A stretch of DNA of 63,287 nucleotides, counting the filler, from Collodictyon triciliatum (Eukaryota): the NCBI GenBank assembly GCA_043381765.1. It is 6 parts of 6 records of this genome, joined end to end, with 100 filler letters (N's around TTAATTAATTAA, not from the genome) between each part and the next. Parts side by side here need not be neighbours in the genome. Positions count along the whole stretch, not along the records: positions 36,603 to 48,689 come from JBHJMP010002242.1; positions 48,790 to 60,873 come from JBHJMP010002243.1; 4 more parts are not named here. The stretch is one strand, 5' to 3'. A program made the translations under genes and the position numbers. This document shows positions 38,130 to 52,100 of the stretch, piece by piece. Every line of letters starts with the position of its first letter. Within the stretch, counting starts at the first letter, position 1. The notes beneath the pieces are model-generated. The model had not been told where the DNA came from. It did not search any database and saw nothing but the letters and a program-made list of their open reading frames with translations.

Positions 38130-39243
38130 CGAGTTTCTTTCTTGGTGCAGGGGGATTCTGTCTCCTATGTTACCGCCTCAGCTGGTAGACTCTGTCATTT
38201 TGCGGGGATAGGAAAAAAAGACTTGGTGTAAGTCTTGTGGATTGGGCACCAGCAAGTGGAGGATGCTATGTGGGCTCTTCCATTGGAGAAAGGTGGTTTG
38301 TTTGGCGATGTGATGGACAAATTGTACGAGGAGGTTTTTTTTTCAACAGGGATTGAAGTGAGGTGTGCTTTACGAAGGACTGTTGTGAAGCACAGACGGG
38401 AGAAGAAAAAAAGAAAGGGAAAAAAGTAAAAAAAAAACGAAAAAAAGTAAAAAGCATAAAAAAGTAGTAAAAAATATAGAAAAGTGAAAAGGAAGATGAA
38501 AAGAAGAAAAGAAGAAAAGAAGAAAAGAAAAGAAAAGAAAAGAAAATAAAAGAAAAAGGAGAAGAGAAGCAAAGAAAAAAGTGCGTAAGCTATACAACGT
38601 CGAATAAAGTATCTCATTCAACATAGAAAGGTTTGCGATTTGTCTTGTGAATCATATTGTGTTTCCTTCGCAGTTTCTGTTCTTTCAAATGTGTTCAGAA
38701 GAAATGCCACCATTTAACATATTGACGCCAAGAGGTTCATTTGTTTCACTCACACTATGTAATTTGTTATTTTTTGTGTTTTTAGGTTTGTTTTTAGGTT
38801 TGATTTTAGGCTTGTTTTTAGGTTTGGTTTTAAATTTGTTTTTAGGTTTGTTTTTTTGGCAAGTGCGATACAAAATTGCCGCACGTTTATGTCAATTTTC
38901 ATATAAAATTTTTACATATTGGATTTTCTTCTTAAAACTCTATACATCTGTGGATTCCCGAAAGAAATGTTGATTGAAACGGTTACTTCGATTGAAATTC
39001 TCACATGGGAGATTTTATAACACAGCAATTTTAGTTGCCCTATTTCTCCTATGTTGCGTACCTTTCCTTGGACACGAAACAGATTCAATCAAACACTTTT
39101 AATAGGTCGAAGGATAGATTCGATTCTAAGGTCGAGTTTGTGGAATGGATGATTTTCCAAAGGAGAGTGCTTATCTACCAGCTCGGTGCAATCAAAAGCC
39201 AATGTATTGTTCATATTATTAGGACACTTGCCAGCAAACCTCG

Positions 39244-39244
<1 letters not shown>

Positions 39245-39328
<84 letters not shown>

Positions 39329-39430
39329 CCATTCAACCATTCATCCATTCATCCATTCACCCATTCATCCATTCATCCATTCATCCATTCATCCATTCAT
39401 CCAATCAACCATTCATTCAAAATCAATCAG
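39245..39430. repeat. (TCAA)n / (CCAT/TCAT)n compound microsatellite
   Basis: Tetranucleotide tandem runs. Confidence 0.9.
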
Positions 39431-40038
39431 CTAACAAATCGAAAAACTTAACTGTCAGATTGTGGTGCCCGGGGAAACCCACTCTGGGACAACTAGTGAG
39501 AGGCAACCCTTTAACTATTCGGATATAGAAATTCGATTGCAGATGTGAAAAGAAAATCGGTGAAGTTTACAATTGGGGGAAGTCCCTCACATGAGGCGCA
39601 CACAATCCCTTCACACCGCCATAGCAAAAAAAAAAAATTCGTCACATTTATACCACTAAAAGCATTCTCCCGTATTGGATTCGTGGACATGAAATCCCAA
39701 ACGCAACACACACGGCCGAATTCGAGATGATCTGTTTCGCTAAATCGGGATGTAATGTCACATAACGAAAGAGTTCAATTCGCCAAAGTGGTAATATTAC
39801 ACATATGTACCGTATTATATATATGAAACATTAATCACCCATATTTGTCTGAAGCATAAATCTCATTCTCTGTGCGTCCGTTTCTGGAATTTAGCAGTTA
39901 TAAAAGTTTGCGCACGGGTTGGGTTACGCATGTGCAAGCAAAGCAGCAAAAAAACAACTGAAACAAAGCTCAATCACCCATATTTCAATAGGTTTTCTTT
40001 ATTTTCTTCGAAAAAAATTGTGTTCTCCAGCGACGGAT

Positions 40039-43000
40039 TCATGACGACAGTTTCTTGCTCTGGTCTGCGAGTATATCTATTTGCTGCCTGTACATTTGCT
40101 TCATCTCCAGCATATCGGATTGCATCTCCGTAAGCTGCTCCGTCTTCTCTCCGATAATCTCTAAAGCAGCAGAGTATCGATTGCTCAAGTCGGCTATTTG
40201 CATCTTCAGTGCTGGAAGGATATCCACTTGCTTAGTCCTATTTCAACATTATTTTAACAAAGCCCGGTTTGGGTTCGAATATTAGACATGAATGCATTCT
40301 CATCAATTCTCAGAATAAAATATTAATGCAATATAAACCAGGATAAAGTAAAAAACAAAACAAAATAGAGTAAAACTAATCAAATTAAATAAACAAAACT
40401 AAAACTAAAACTAAAACTAAAACTAAAACTAAAACTAAAACTAAAACTAAAACTAAAACTAAAACTAAAACCAAAACTAAAACTAAAACCAAAACTAAAA
40501 CTAAAACTAAAACAAAAACAAAAACAAAAACAAAAACAAATACAACAGTGAAAACAACCCACAATTCCTCGCATCTTGCTGTCAGCCCAACCAACTCATC
40601 AGCAAGAGAATCTATGAAATACACAACGTGAAAAAAAGTCCTGAATAAATATCTGTATCGATGTATCAAAAGTAGCCCAATTAAAAAAAACCTCGCGTTT
40701 TCTCTACGTCTGATATGTTCCTCAAAAGAGACTGAACCTCTCCATCCCGTTGTCTTAGGTGAGACTCGATTTCTTCTGCATATGCCGCGGGTAATCCAGA
40801 AAAGTTTAATGTTCTCGATATATTTGATAGAATACGATTTGTTCTCTAGCGGAATTACACAGATTCAGTAAGTTATGAGGTTATGTTCAGAATAATCATG
40901 TCATATCGATACATACAGCTTTGCAAGATACTTATTCCTATATGTAAAGGAATATACGGAAAACATGAGAGAGAAAAGTGCTAGATGGGTGAATGCGCAA
41001 TTAAAATTAGAATTCATTACGTCAGTATTTTCCGTGGCCGAAATAGTGCTTCCTTGAGAAAGAAGATTAATGTTCCTTCTATTTGAAGACGGACGATCTG
41101 TTTGATGAGATGTCTCTGCAGACAAGTTTGATGTTACAATATTGGCAGGGTTTTGGGTGGTTGGGCCGTCTGCTCTCGATTTTTCGGCAAAATTTAGCTT
41201 TTCTTGTAGCTCCATAATCTTATCGTTGAGGACTTCATTTTCTCTGACTAGGGTACATTTGGAATGTTCAAAGGCTTCTCTATCTTGAAGTGCATCTAGT
41301 TGCAGTTTTTCCATGGCAGCCCTATCCGCCAAATCAACCACCAAAAAATGGATAAATATTATGTAATTACGTTTCCATAATTTTTCACTCTTTTCATTCA
41401 ATTCGAAACATGAACACATTTTTTTTATGACAAGAACAAGAACAAGAATAGTTATTAATTCATAAACAGTTTACACAATCAAACTTGGCAACAAGTCCAA
41501 TTACTTTGATTCTCGTTTGTGGGCAGAAAACTGTTCTTCGACAATTTGAATCTCTGCCCTTAAATGATCGATCAACCTAGCTTTTTCTTCACACTGTTAT
41601 CATTGTTAGCTCCATAGAATCATAGATGAATTTGGCTTTCCTTTCTTACCCAACAATTATACATAGCAACAAACCGGCGTGAGTGTGGCATTTTACAAAC
41701 AAGTACAAATGAGAACGGAGAGATAAAAAGGAGGCTTCATCATCATCATATTAAATATATTACCTTAATTCTTTCCATTTGAGAGGTCGTTGAAGCCTTG
41801 GAGAGGTCTTGCCTGGTGCTAACTAGTTGGGCCTCCAAGCTAGCTATGCGTCCTCCCTATCAATGAGGTGTCTTCATTAAAAATTAGATTTCGTGTTAGC
41901 AGAAGCAGAAACAACTAAAAAGGAATAATAAGAGCTATGCCGATGGTGCTGACGGTAATTAGGATAATGATTGTATTGACAAAGATAGTAATGTGATAAT
42001 AGCAGAGTTGCAATCGCCCACAAGGGAAGATATCTGGCTCTGCAACGTGATTTCTTTGTCCTTTGCATTTGCTAGCTCCTGCTGAGATTGCTTGATGGCT
42101 TCGTTCAAACTAGACAATAGTTTATTTAAATACTAGGATTTCAGCCTCAAGACCGTATGTATGCAGGTTCTTTTGGGGATTAATAGTATGGAATTTAAAA
42201 AAATGCTTTTAGATCTTGAAAAGGATATCATCTCAATTTTTACTCACCTTTCTTGGACACTGGAAGAGGTATCATTGTTTGCCTCCAACATTTTATGCAG
42301 GGTTTCTATCTGACGAAGAAGAGGTTTGGTAGCGTTTGGTACGCTAGCTGCTAACTCTTCATACCTTTTGTCAGCAACCGCACATCTCTCTCGTAGGTCC
42401 TGTGTGTCCCATCGAAAGTCAAGACAATTAAACTCTTTCACTATAAGGATTTTTTTTTTATCTTTGCCAGTATGGAAAACGATTTGAGAAAGATATGTGA
42501 ATTATTTACGTGAATCTCTTTTCTTAAGTTGTCCTCTCTCCAACCAGCTTGCTCACTTGTTCGAGTAATCTTAACTCTTTGGTCACTAATAGTCTCTTTT
42601 AGAATGTGCTCTTGTTTTTCAAACTCAGATTTTAGCCGTTTGATTTCCCTAGTCATCAAACAACAGTTAACAAATGGCTATCTAGGCGTGTAGCTGAAAT
42701 TCAGCTCCTGTTTCATTTATTAGAAAGGAACTAAAGAAACAAGAAAAAATCAGTGAATGTAAGAGCAATTAGGGCAATTCACTTATTCATCTCCTCTCGG
42801 ACACGAGTCTCAGCATCGATGATGTCATTTTGAGATTGTGCTTGGGCATTAACGGTGCTAGATTGTATCTCGTCAATCTTTTTCGTCAGTTTGGATATAG
42901 TCGTCTGGGTGAAATGGAGGAATTTTGGTTGGTCTTTAATTTTTTTTTAGAAATTGTAATATATCCCTGCATCAAATATAATATTTTACAAAATTGAAAT

Positions 43001-46000
43001 TCGATGGGAAGAAAATCACATTGAGCTCCTTTATTTTCGAAACAGATATTTCCGCTTCCTTGTTTTTCTCGGCCAACTGGCTTGCGAGTAACTTGTTTGT
43101 TTCACCCATGCGGTCAAAATTGTCTGTAAATAATATTATTTGCATAACCTTCTTTTTTTTACCCATCCTTTCAATTCGTGTAATCATTTATGCAGCAATC
43201 ATTCAATAAAATCAAATATGATAGTATCTTAAGTTAAAAAAAACAGCTATTTTTCTGGGGACCTTTTAATTCAGATTCACTTGACTGCACTTTTATAATT
43301 GTTTCTTGAAGCTTTCTATATTTTTCATCTGATTCTCGGAGTGAATTAGATAAATTCTCGATAGCCTTTTCATTTTCCTTCGCCTCAGCACGAGCTTTTT
43401 TGACATAGTTTTCATAGGCAAATACTTTCTTAGATAGTGCTTCCCCTGTTACAAAAAAAAAGCATGTCTGTAAAGGTGTTTTTTTTCTTTTTTAATATAA
43501 TTTTAAGGTTTTCTTACTAGTCAAATAAAAATATATATAAAGTGAAGATTCATTATTCACCCTCTTTTGCAAATTCGCTCAGTTCTTGCTCCTTTTCACT
43601 GAGCGTGGCTAAAAGTTGGTTTATTTGGCCAGAGCTCTTTTTCAATATTTCATTTTCCTAAAATTATTATGGACCAAATTGAGTCGAAGAGAGTTTCTCA
43701 CGTAGATATCATATTGTGGTGGTGATACTTAACAGCGAATAATTTATAACATAATCATGTGCTAACCAATCCGTTGATAATTATGTGCATTATGACAAAA
43801 AAAAAATTCCTTACTTTTTTCATGGATGAGATAGCTTCTTCATATACCGCAACTTTTTCATTCAATTCAACTCTAGTTTGATGAAGTTGAAACTCAACAG
43901 AAGTCCTCAATGTCTCACTTTTCTCGAGTTTCCTGTTTGTTTGTTTGTTTGTTTGTTTGTTTGTTTGTTTGTTTGTTTGTTTGTTTGTTTGTTTGTTCAA
44001 AAAAAAAAAACAGATGAAATTTTCATCTTAATTAATCAAAAGAGGAAGAGGAGAGGATTTTTATCTGAAGAAGGTCTCAAATTATGAATTAGTGGAAAAT
44101 TTGATAGTAGACATTTTATTGTCTGGATAGGATTTTAAATATAAAATATTTTTGTATAAGAAAGTGATGACCATAACTGCATCACATACAACTTGATCTT
44201 TTGATTCTTTATTACGATTTATTATTAAATGTACACAATGGTTACTTAGATAGGTCACCGTTCATTTCTTTGAGAGCCTGCGACTCTCGAGTCGTCAAAG
44301 TAAGCTGTCGGATCTTTTCCTGCAATGCATCAGAAATTTCGTCGTTTGTTTGTTTCAAATCCGCAATTTGTCGCTTCAAGGACACGACAATTTCCACAGC
44401 GACGGAGTCTACCGGTTTCTGGATCTCTCTCATTTCTGATGTTTGCACATTCAGATGATCAGCTTCCTTTGTATGATGCTCCTGGGGTTCTCTTACTTCT
44501 AATTTTTGATTGTCCATATCGGAGGTAGAATGTAATTCATTACTTTTTTCTGGATTACCTTTCCCTTCGCTAATTGTATTAGCGGTATTTTGGATTTGCT
44601 GAAGTGTTACATTTCTTTCCGTACGGGTGATTGGTTCAACCCCAACTTCATTTTGAACAAAATTGCTCTCGCTTTCTGTGACCGAGACAAGGCTTTCCTT
44701 TGCTTCTAGTTGTTCATTTGGTTGTATTTCATGGTGAACATTATCCAATAGCCCAATATCCATCACAGCTTGGTCTTTAATTAGTGGTTTCGCAGGGAGG
44801 TGGCACACGTCTTCATTGATTAGTCCTGATTGATTACTAGAATTTCTGACTGTATTTTCTACGTCAAGTTCACTTTCTTCTTTTCGATTATCGTTGTCAA
44901 CTTTGACAGCTGGTTCGTTCTTGTCGGGGTCGTTCTCAAAAGAAATAATAGTTTCATTATTCTTTAGTTCCTTTGGCATCGAATCTCTTTCATCTCGCGA
45001 TATCTCTGGAGTATTTTGAATATTATCTAATTCTTCCGTAGGATTATTTGTTAGAATTGTATTATCGAATTCGGTCGCTTCTGGCGGGGCTCTGCTGTCT
45101 TCATATGGTTGCACCACTGATACGGAGGCTTTACTGGGACATTCATCCAGAGGTCTATTCTCAACTTTTTCTTCTTGACTCACTGGTGGTAATGTCAAAA
45201 CGTTATCACTTTCGACTTTCGATTCTTCATAAGCCTCTGACGATTCTTTATTTATATTCACACCTGGTTTGGGAGCAGGAGGAGCTACATGCATAGACTT
45301 TAATGGTCTACTTAAATTGCCTCGAAGTGAAGATTTTTTTGCAGTATTTTCTTCTTTTTCGACGCCAAAACTATCAAAGAAGTCAGAGTCTTTTCTTTCT
45401 CCAGGAGTCGAAGACTCGGATGTCCTTTGGGACAGGCCATTTGCTTCTGGTGTTGGTATATTCAGAGGTTTTGTAGTAATTTTTGTGTGGGTTGGTTCTG
45501 ATGCAGGCTGGACTGGATTTGATGTTTTTTTGCCAGAAGGTGTTTCCTTTGAACTTTTACCTTCATCAGAAAAGCCGATGAATGACGAAAAGCTTGTTTC
45601 TGTTTAGCAGAGTAAAATGGTAAGTATATACGAGGATGAAAAAAAATTGAATACCGATTTTTTTTTTATTTTTTTGTTCATTTTCAATTTGTGTAGGATG
45701 TTTGTTTGACCATTGGATCAAAAAAATTATTTATTTTCGTTTTGTATTATTTCTTGCCCTAACAAAAGCTTATTGGTGAATGTAGAACGTTGCAACACTC
45801 AAAGAGTTGATTAAGAGTTTCGATTTTTTTCTTTTCGGTTTTGTACTCTTATTTCTACTGTGTTTCTGTTGTGAAAAAACAAAGACAGAGCCCAGGAGTC
45901 GCTATGTGTTTTAGATAGAAGCCATACCAGATTCCGGATCGACCTCTCCCCCGATGGTATTATCGATTGTGCTCTCAACGGCCTTCAATGTTGTCGAGAC

Positions 46001-46033
46001 AAGGCTGTTTAGAGAAAATCCCCAGCCGGACAT
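40039..46033 (-). CDS. TMF1: TATA element modulatory factor / golgin (TMF1, Sgm1/GC5 family), multi-exon
   Basis: MSGWGFS N-terminus, KEGEALSKK, RYEELAASVPNATKPLLRQIETL, ADELVGLT, RYSAALEIIGEKTEQLTEMQSDMLEMKQMYRQQI. Confidence 0.92.
40395..40540. repeat. (AAACTA)n intronic repeat
   Basis: 6-bp tandem units. Confidence 0.9.
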
Positions 46034-46529
46034 CCTGGGCAGAGGCTTCTGAGGCTCGTGGGGTTCTTGTTGCTGATTCTGCTAAGGGTTGTGCGATGCG
46101 TCTATGGATGTGAAAAAACATCAAAGATGTGGGTATTATTAGTGTGATTAAATTTAAAGTATAAATAAATTTACATGCAGTAGGTAAATAAAGTCATACA
46201 AAACCTCTGGGTTGCATCCAAACGATTTATTAGCCTATCTGAAATAATTTCCGCATATGTATGATATACTGAATCAGAGGATTTTATCTCTTTATGTATA
46301 TACCATATGTGGAAGCCACTTATGAATCAGCTTGTGTTTCATCTTTTTCGATTTTAAGAGACCATGAAGACTACCAAAGAGCTGCGCGGCCTTGCTTTTA
46401 ATCAGAAGGTTGAAGGCTGCGTCTCATGAATCCGCGTCTGGCTGTGTATCAACCGTGGTGGAGACTGCGAGGACCGTACACCACTATTAAGTGACATATT
46501 GACTTACATCCTTTATTTGAACACGCAGG
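46034..46529. promoter_or_regulatory. Probable bidirectional promoter between TMF1 and MRPL47
   Basis: Head-to-head start codons 496 bp apart; no specific motif identified. Confidence 0.45.
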
Positions 46530-47662
46530 ATGCTTTCCTCACTAGCAAAGAACCTTGTCTCCGGCCTCTCCTCACGCTGCCAGCCGCTTCTTTTGGGCGC
46601 CAGCTTTTCGAACCTCAGTGTTGCTCTGCAAGAAAATGTCTCGGAGCCCTACAAGAAAAGAAAGAAGAGGGAGTCTCCTACCTCCAATGTTGATGAGATC
46701 GACTGGGACTCATTGTTTTTCGAAACGATTGATCCTAACAAGCCGAAACCCACCGCTGGTAAGAGTCTCGTACAATACGGGAATATCCAGGGAATATGAT
46801 AAGAGACTTTTTCTTTTAAAAAAAAAGTATAACAAGCGACAAAAAAATAGATAATGATAAAAAAAATAGATAATGGATAGTAGTTTACTCTTGTTCTTGC
46901 TCTTGCTCTACTCATTTGATCTTGGAAGTGTATCTCTAACATGATTGCAATGTCGAGTCGCATAGCATCCGTCGTAAAACATGGTAGAAATAAACAAATG
47001 AAGTTATTGTAATTAGAAACCGATTGAATGCATTAGGCCGTGCCTGGCGAGTGAACGAGCTCCGACTCAAGTCTGACTCTGATTTGGAGAAGTTGTGGTA
47101 TATCCTGGTAAAAGAGCAGAACATGCTGTACTCAACACAACATGCCCTAAAGTCGGAGCAGAAACAGTTTCCTGACCGCAGCCGAATTGGAAAGGTTCAC
47201 TTTTCTTTTTGACACACTGGCTGCCATTAACATTTGATAGTGGTTCTGGGTTTCATATAGCCCATATGATTGTTTAAATTCGCCATACAGCTCGTTTAAT
47301 CTTGCGTCCCTTGCGATTATGCCTCTTTGGCGATCCTTTTTCTTGTATTTTGTGGCGCAGGGAATATGTTATATCTCGACGATAAGCATACAATAATTCC
47401 AGCTTAGTCAGTATTTTTCTCCTTATTCTTCTTTATTCTCATGAGTACTCTTTATACATTACGCCCATATCAGGTGAAGCAAACGATGGCACGCATCAGA
47501 ACCGTTCTCTCTGAACGCGACCACGCCCGCCGCTTTAAGCTCATGGAAACACAGTTCCAGATCGTCACAGACTTCCGTAATCACATCTCTGAGATGGACA
47601 AAGGCAAGGCTCAAGTCCAAGTGCAGGCCCCTTCTCGATCCGCGCCGACAAAAAAGAAATAG
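46530..47662 (+). CDS. MRPL47: Mitochondrial ribosomal protein uL29m (L47), 3 exons
   Basis: Transit-peptide-like N-terminus; GRAWRVNELRLKSDSDLEKLWYILVKEQNML; RIGKVKQTMARIRTVLSER. Confidence 0.93.
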
Positions 47663-48239
47663 TCTCAATAAACCACCGCCATAGCACACGTTATAATAAT
47701 TACATGGAGTTGTTGTCAATCCTCCTACATCTGCCATCGCATGGAACTCAAGGCTTAAAGATAAAAAAAAAAAAAAGGGCAGGGTTTGGCATAGCATTTT
47801 GCTGGATTTCAAAGGAGGTCCCGAAATACTTGCTGGGGATTTAAGAAACCGATGAAATAGAGAAAGACGAAGAGAAATAGACGAGACCAGACAGCAAAAA
47901 TTTATTATTTCTTTTAGACCTAGAGTATAGAATATACATTTTTTTTTTGGAAGCTTATTCTCTGCTTACTTTGTTTTGTGTTGATAGCGAAAGACACACG
48001 GTCGGTACAACATAAGGACGTCTGAGCCATGGAGCCTGGGAAGAGTAACATTTTCTTTTTCTTTTTATTTTGAAGGTGCACCATACGTGAGTGCAAATGT
48101 TTGTGTATTTTGATTTCTAACAGAGGCACGTCGTTTCTTGTATTTGGGCGTAACACTCGCTATGTCTCCACATCACAAACCTATTTGCCTGTCTGACGAA
48201 CATTATTAACTTCTCCCTTTATCACCTATTCCCTATGAA

Positions 48240-48345
48240 ATGAAAGTTGCACCTGGACAGGGAAGAGGACGTGGGCGTGTACATGGCAATGATCGCGGTA
48301 GAGGGCGTGGAGGAGGAAAAATGAGTCGGAAACAGATGACCAAAG
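48240..48345 (+). CDS. Possible first exon of an RG/RGG-rich protein (cut by contig end)
   Basis: MKVAPGQGRGRGRVHGNDRGRGRGGGKMSRKQMTK followed by a GT donor. Confidence 0.35.
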
Positions 48346-48483
48346 GTGGAGCTTTTTTTCCCCATCAATTGTTTGTAGACTTTATCTTTGTTTTAACTTT
48401 AAGCCTGCGATAATATCATTTATCCGCGAATAATTTTTTTTTATTATTCCTTTCAATTTTTATCCGCTCATGATATATAGCTT

Positions 48484-48689
48484 TCTCTCCTTCTATCTCC
48501 TATCTCCTTCTCTCTCCTTCTCTCTCCTTCTCTCTCCTTCTCTCTCCTTCTCTCTCCTTCTCTCTCCTTCTCTCTCCTTCTCTCTCATTCTCTCTCATTC
48601 TCTCTCATTCTCTCTCATTCTCTCTCATTCTCTCTCATTCTCTCTCATTCTCTCTCATTCTCTCTCATTCTCTCTCATTCTCTCTCATT
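48484..48689. repeat. 10-bp (TCTCTCMTTC)n repeat at contig end
   Basis: Tandem units. Confidence 0.9.
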
Positions 48690-49189
48690 NNNNNNNNNNN
48701 NNNNNNNNNNNNNNNNNNNNNNNNNNNNNNNNNTTAATTAATTAANNNNNNNNNNNNNNNNNNNNNNNNNNNNNNNNNNNNNNNNNNNNAAAAACAAAAG
48801 AAAAAACAAAAAACAAAAAAACAAAACAAAAAAACAAAACAAAAAAACAAAACAAAAAAACAAAACAAAAAAACAAAACAAAAAAACAAAACAAAAAAAC
48901 AAAAGAAAAAAACAAAAGAAAAAAAACAAAAAACCAAAAAAAATAAATAAACAAAAAACAAAAAAAATGACAGGCTCTTTCAAACATCTACCTGAACCCA
49001 ACGATACGCTCCGCGAAGCAGCGGCTCATAACTCTTCATTATTTTCCCTCTTTTTTTCTTTTGCTGAGTAGTTTACTCAACATTTAAACAGTGACCCAAG
49101 CCATGAATATTTTTCTACTTATGTTTGTGTGTTACTCGCAAAAGCAAAGGCGCGTGACTGGAATCGCCTTTGCAACAGACAAAGCAGGA

Positions 49190-52100
49190 ATGGACGACGA
49201 ATGTTGGACTTTGGCCGAGGGGCTTGTGGACAAGTCATATGTGCGGCAGGCAAAGCAGGCGCATAACACGCAAGCACGACTATTCAAAACGTTGCTTTCT
49301 CAGGTTCCACAACTCGAGTCCCTTTTCTCATTCTTTTCGAAACCTCTATTAATTATGATCTCAATATCTTTTCTCCTCTTTGTCTCCTATTTCTCTCCCT
49401 CTCTCCATATATATATCTACAACTTTAGCGAAAGCTCCCAAAGGACGGTCTTAATGACGCAACTATCGAATCTTTTCTTTGCACATTGTCGAGTATGGAC
49501 AGCAACAACTTTATTGGTGTGTCTTACTATTTAATTTATAATTTATTTTCATGCCATGAATTCACCATTAATCATAGAGATGATTTTTTTAAATTATAAT
49601 AATATGTGTAGGATTCTAACCATACTTGTCTATCACTCACCTCATTTGATACTTGTGCCAATTCCTAAATACAACTATTTACATACTTTTAGAGAATGTA
49701 GGAGTTGGGGAAAGAGAAGCGCGAATATATTCTTCATTAGTCTCATCGCGTCATTATGCTCTCGGTCACGGAATCGGCCGAAGTGGCGACCTAAATGCAG
49801 TGCAGCCAAAAGCTGCTGGTTCCTCTCTCATTCTCGCTTTAACGAACCGATTTGCACTCGATGCGTTGAAAATCGCAGGTATGCACAGTTTTTCTTTTAC
49901 AATAAGATAAAAATAAAAAAAACATGTGTGTACGTTTTCGTTTCACTCTTTGTTATTCTTTTGTTTATTTATAATCGCATATCATTAAAATTTAATCATA
50001 TATTATAAATATCATAATTGTTTCTCAACGCACAGAAATGTAATTCCTATTTGTCTTTTTTATTTTATCAGTCATATCCAAAACCTTTATCATTTGCTTT
50101 TGATTTGTGAGGTCTCTCCGAATTGAAAGAAGCTGCTGTTGTACCGCTGGCAACAGGAATGGCATTAACTTTGTGCCTGCAAACACTCCGTCAAGACAAG
50201 CCATTGGCGAGGTTAGTTTGGTTTCGATGACTTGAAATCACGTCTTAAACACCGCACAGGCACCTGTCATAAGACTGAGCTTCATTCACAGTGTAGTTGT
50301 TAGCTTACGTACGACATCTATTTAACATATATCAATCAAAACAAAAAGTGTGACAAAAAAGCATGCACCCTTATTAGATACGTGATTTGGCCAAGAATAG
50401 ATCAAAAGACTTGCCTAAAGGCGATATACACAGCCGGTTCGTTTCAAAGGAGATAGTCCGATAAGCAAACTCATTCTCTTCAGCACTATGCTGAATATGA
50501 TACTCATGAAAGATAAATTGAATATTTTTGTGTAGGTCTCGAGGCGGTGGTTATTGAAAACCTCCTAGAAGGAGATGAGCTTCGAACAAATATCCCCGAT
50601 ATAAGAAGTAAAATCATGGAGCTAGGAAAAGATTCTATATTGTGTATTGCAAGGTACTGGTCACCCATATGCCATCGGTATTCAGATGTTACCTGTATTT
50701 ACAAAGTGGCTAATCATCCAATATATAACAGTACGACTAGCTGTTTTGCACCTAGGGCGCCAGAAAGGTAATTGCTTTTCTGTCATTACCATAAAGAATA
50801 AATGAATAATTTATATGGACTAACTTGCAACAAAAAAAAGAAAGCGATAAAAAAACGCCACCTCTTTGAGATGATTCATTTCATAAAACCGACAAAACAC
50901 ATGCTGACAACAACAAAAACGAAAATATGACGAAACTGGTATCACCTTAATATAAAAAATACCTTTTTTTTTCTCCTTTATTCGAATATAAAAAATACCT
51001 TAATGGATTCAGGGTTATCGAAGTTTCCAAAATATGCGCAGAATTCGACATACCTCATCTTGTCAACAATGCTTACGGAGTTCAGGTTTAGAAGCAGAAA
51101 GAGTTTTTGATTTAGAGCAATCTTGATTTCTTGTAAAATTTTTAATTTACAAGTTTGAGACATGTCATCTAACTCGTGGTCCCAGAGTTCTTCTACAACA
51201 AACGAATTGACCAGTGCGATGCGACGAGGACGAGTTGATTTAATCGTTCAGAGTACAGATAAGGTTTACCTCGAAGTCATATTCACCAGTATTATAAATT
51301 CCTCTTCTATATATACGTATGTTTCATAGGCTCTTCTGGCGTGTAAGATGTTAGATAGTATATCGCAATACCTGCTGAATATTTACTTCTTGTATAACCT
51401 TGCAAACCATTGACATACTGCAGAACTTTATGGTTCCTGTTGGAGGGGCCATTATTTCCAGTGGAAACCAACAGCTTCTTGAAAAAGTATCAAAGTGCTA
51501 TCCAGGTAATCATGATGACAAATTGCATTTTTTTTTCATATCAACCAACCAACCAAAATACCTGACATTATCTCCATATCTAAAAAGAAACGACACATTT
51601 GAATCATACCACGTCTTCCTTAATGATAATGAGTCCGTAGGGCGCGCGTCTATGTCTCCGATTCTCGACCTCTTTATCACATTTTTATCGATGGGGGCCC
51701 ATGGTTATCAAAGGCTTCTGAAAGAAAGAGAGGTGTTGCTGACACAAGAGCTCCCCATCCGATTAATATTTGTAAATAATATCATGTCCGATTACATTTA
51801 CCAGACACCTCAGTTTGGATTTACAGCAACGTATTTGCAGGAACTATTCCGCTACACCAGAGAAAGGCTTCAGGAAATTGCAGAGAGGCACAACGAAAGG
51901 GTTCTCGAAACAACAAACAACCCCATTTCCTTAGGTTGCTCAAGCAATCCACACTATAATTACTAGACTCAAACTTGAAAGTTCCCTCTCCAGACTTTCC
52001 TTCAAAATAAACAAACACCATATTATTACTACAAATTACCCAATGTAACCAATATGATAATAACTATATCACATTCAAAATAAAATTCATTAGCACTGTC

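Noticed and set aside
48990-49035. Short hairpin upstream of SEPSECS as a SECIS or tRNA fragment
   Set aside because: No SECIS core (AUGA/GA quartet with apical AA), wrong position for a SECIS, and no cloverleaf.
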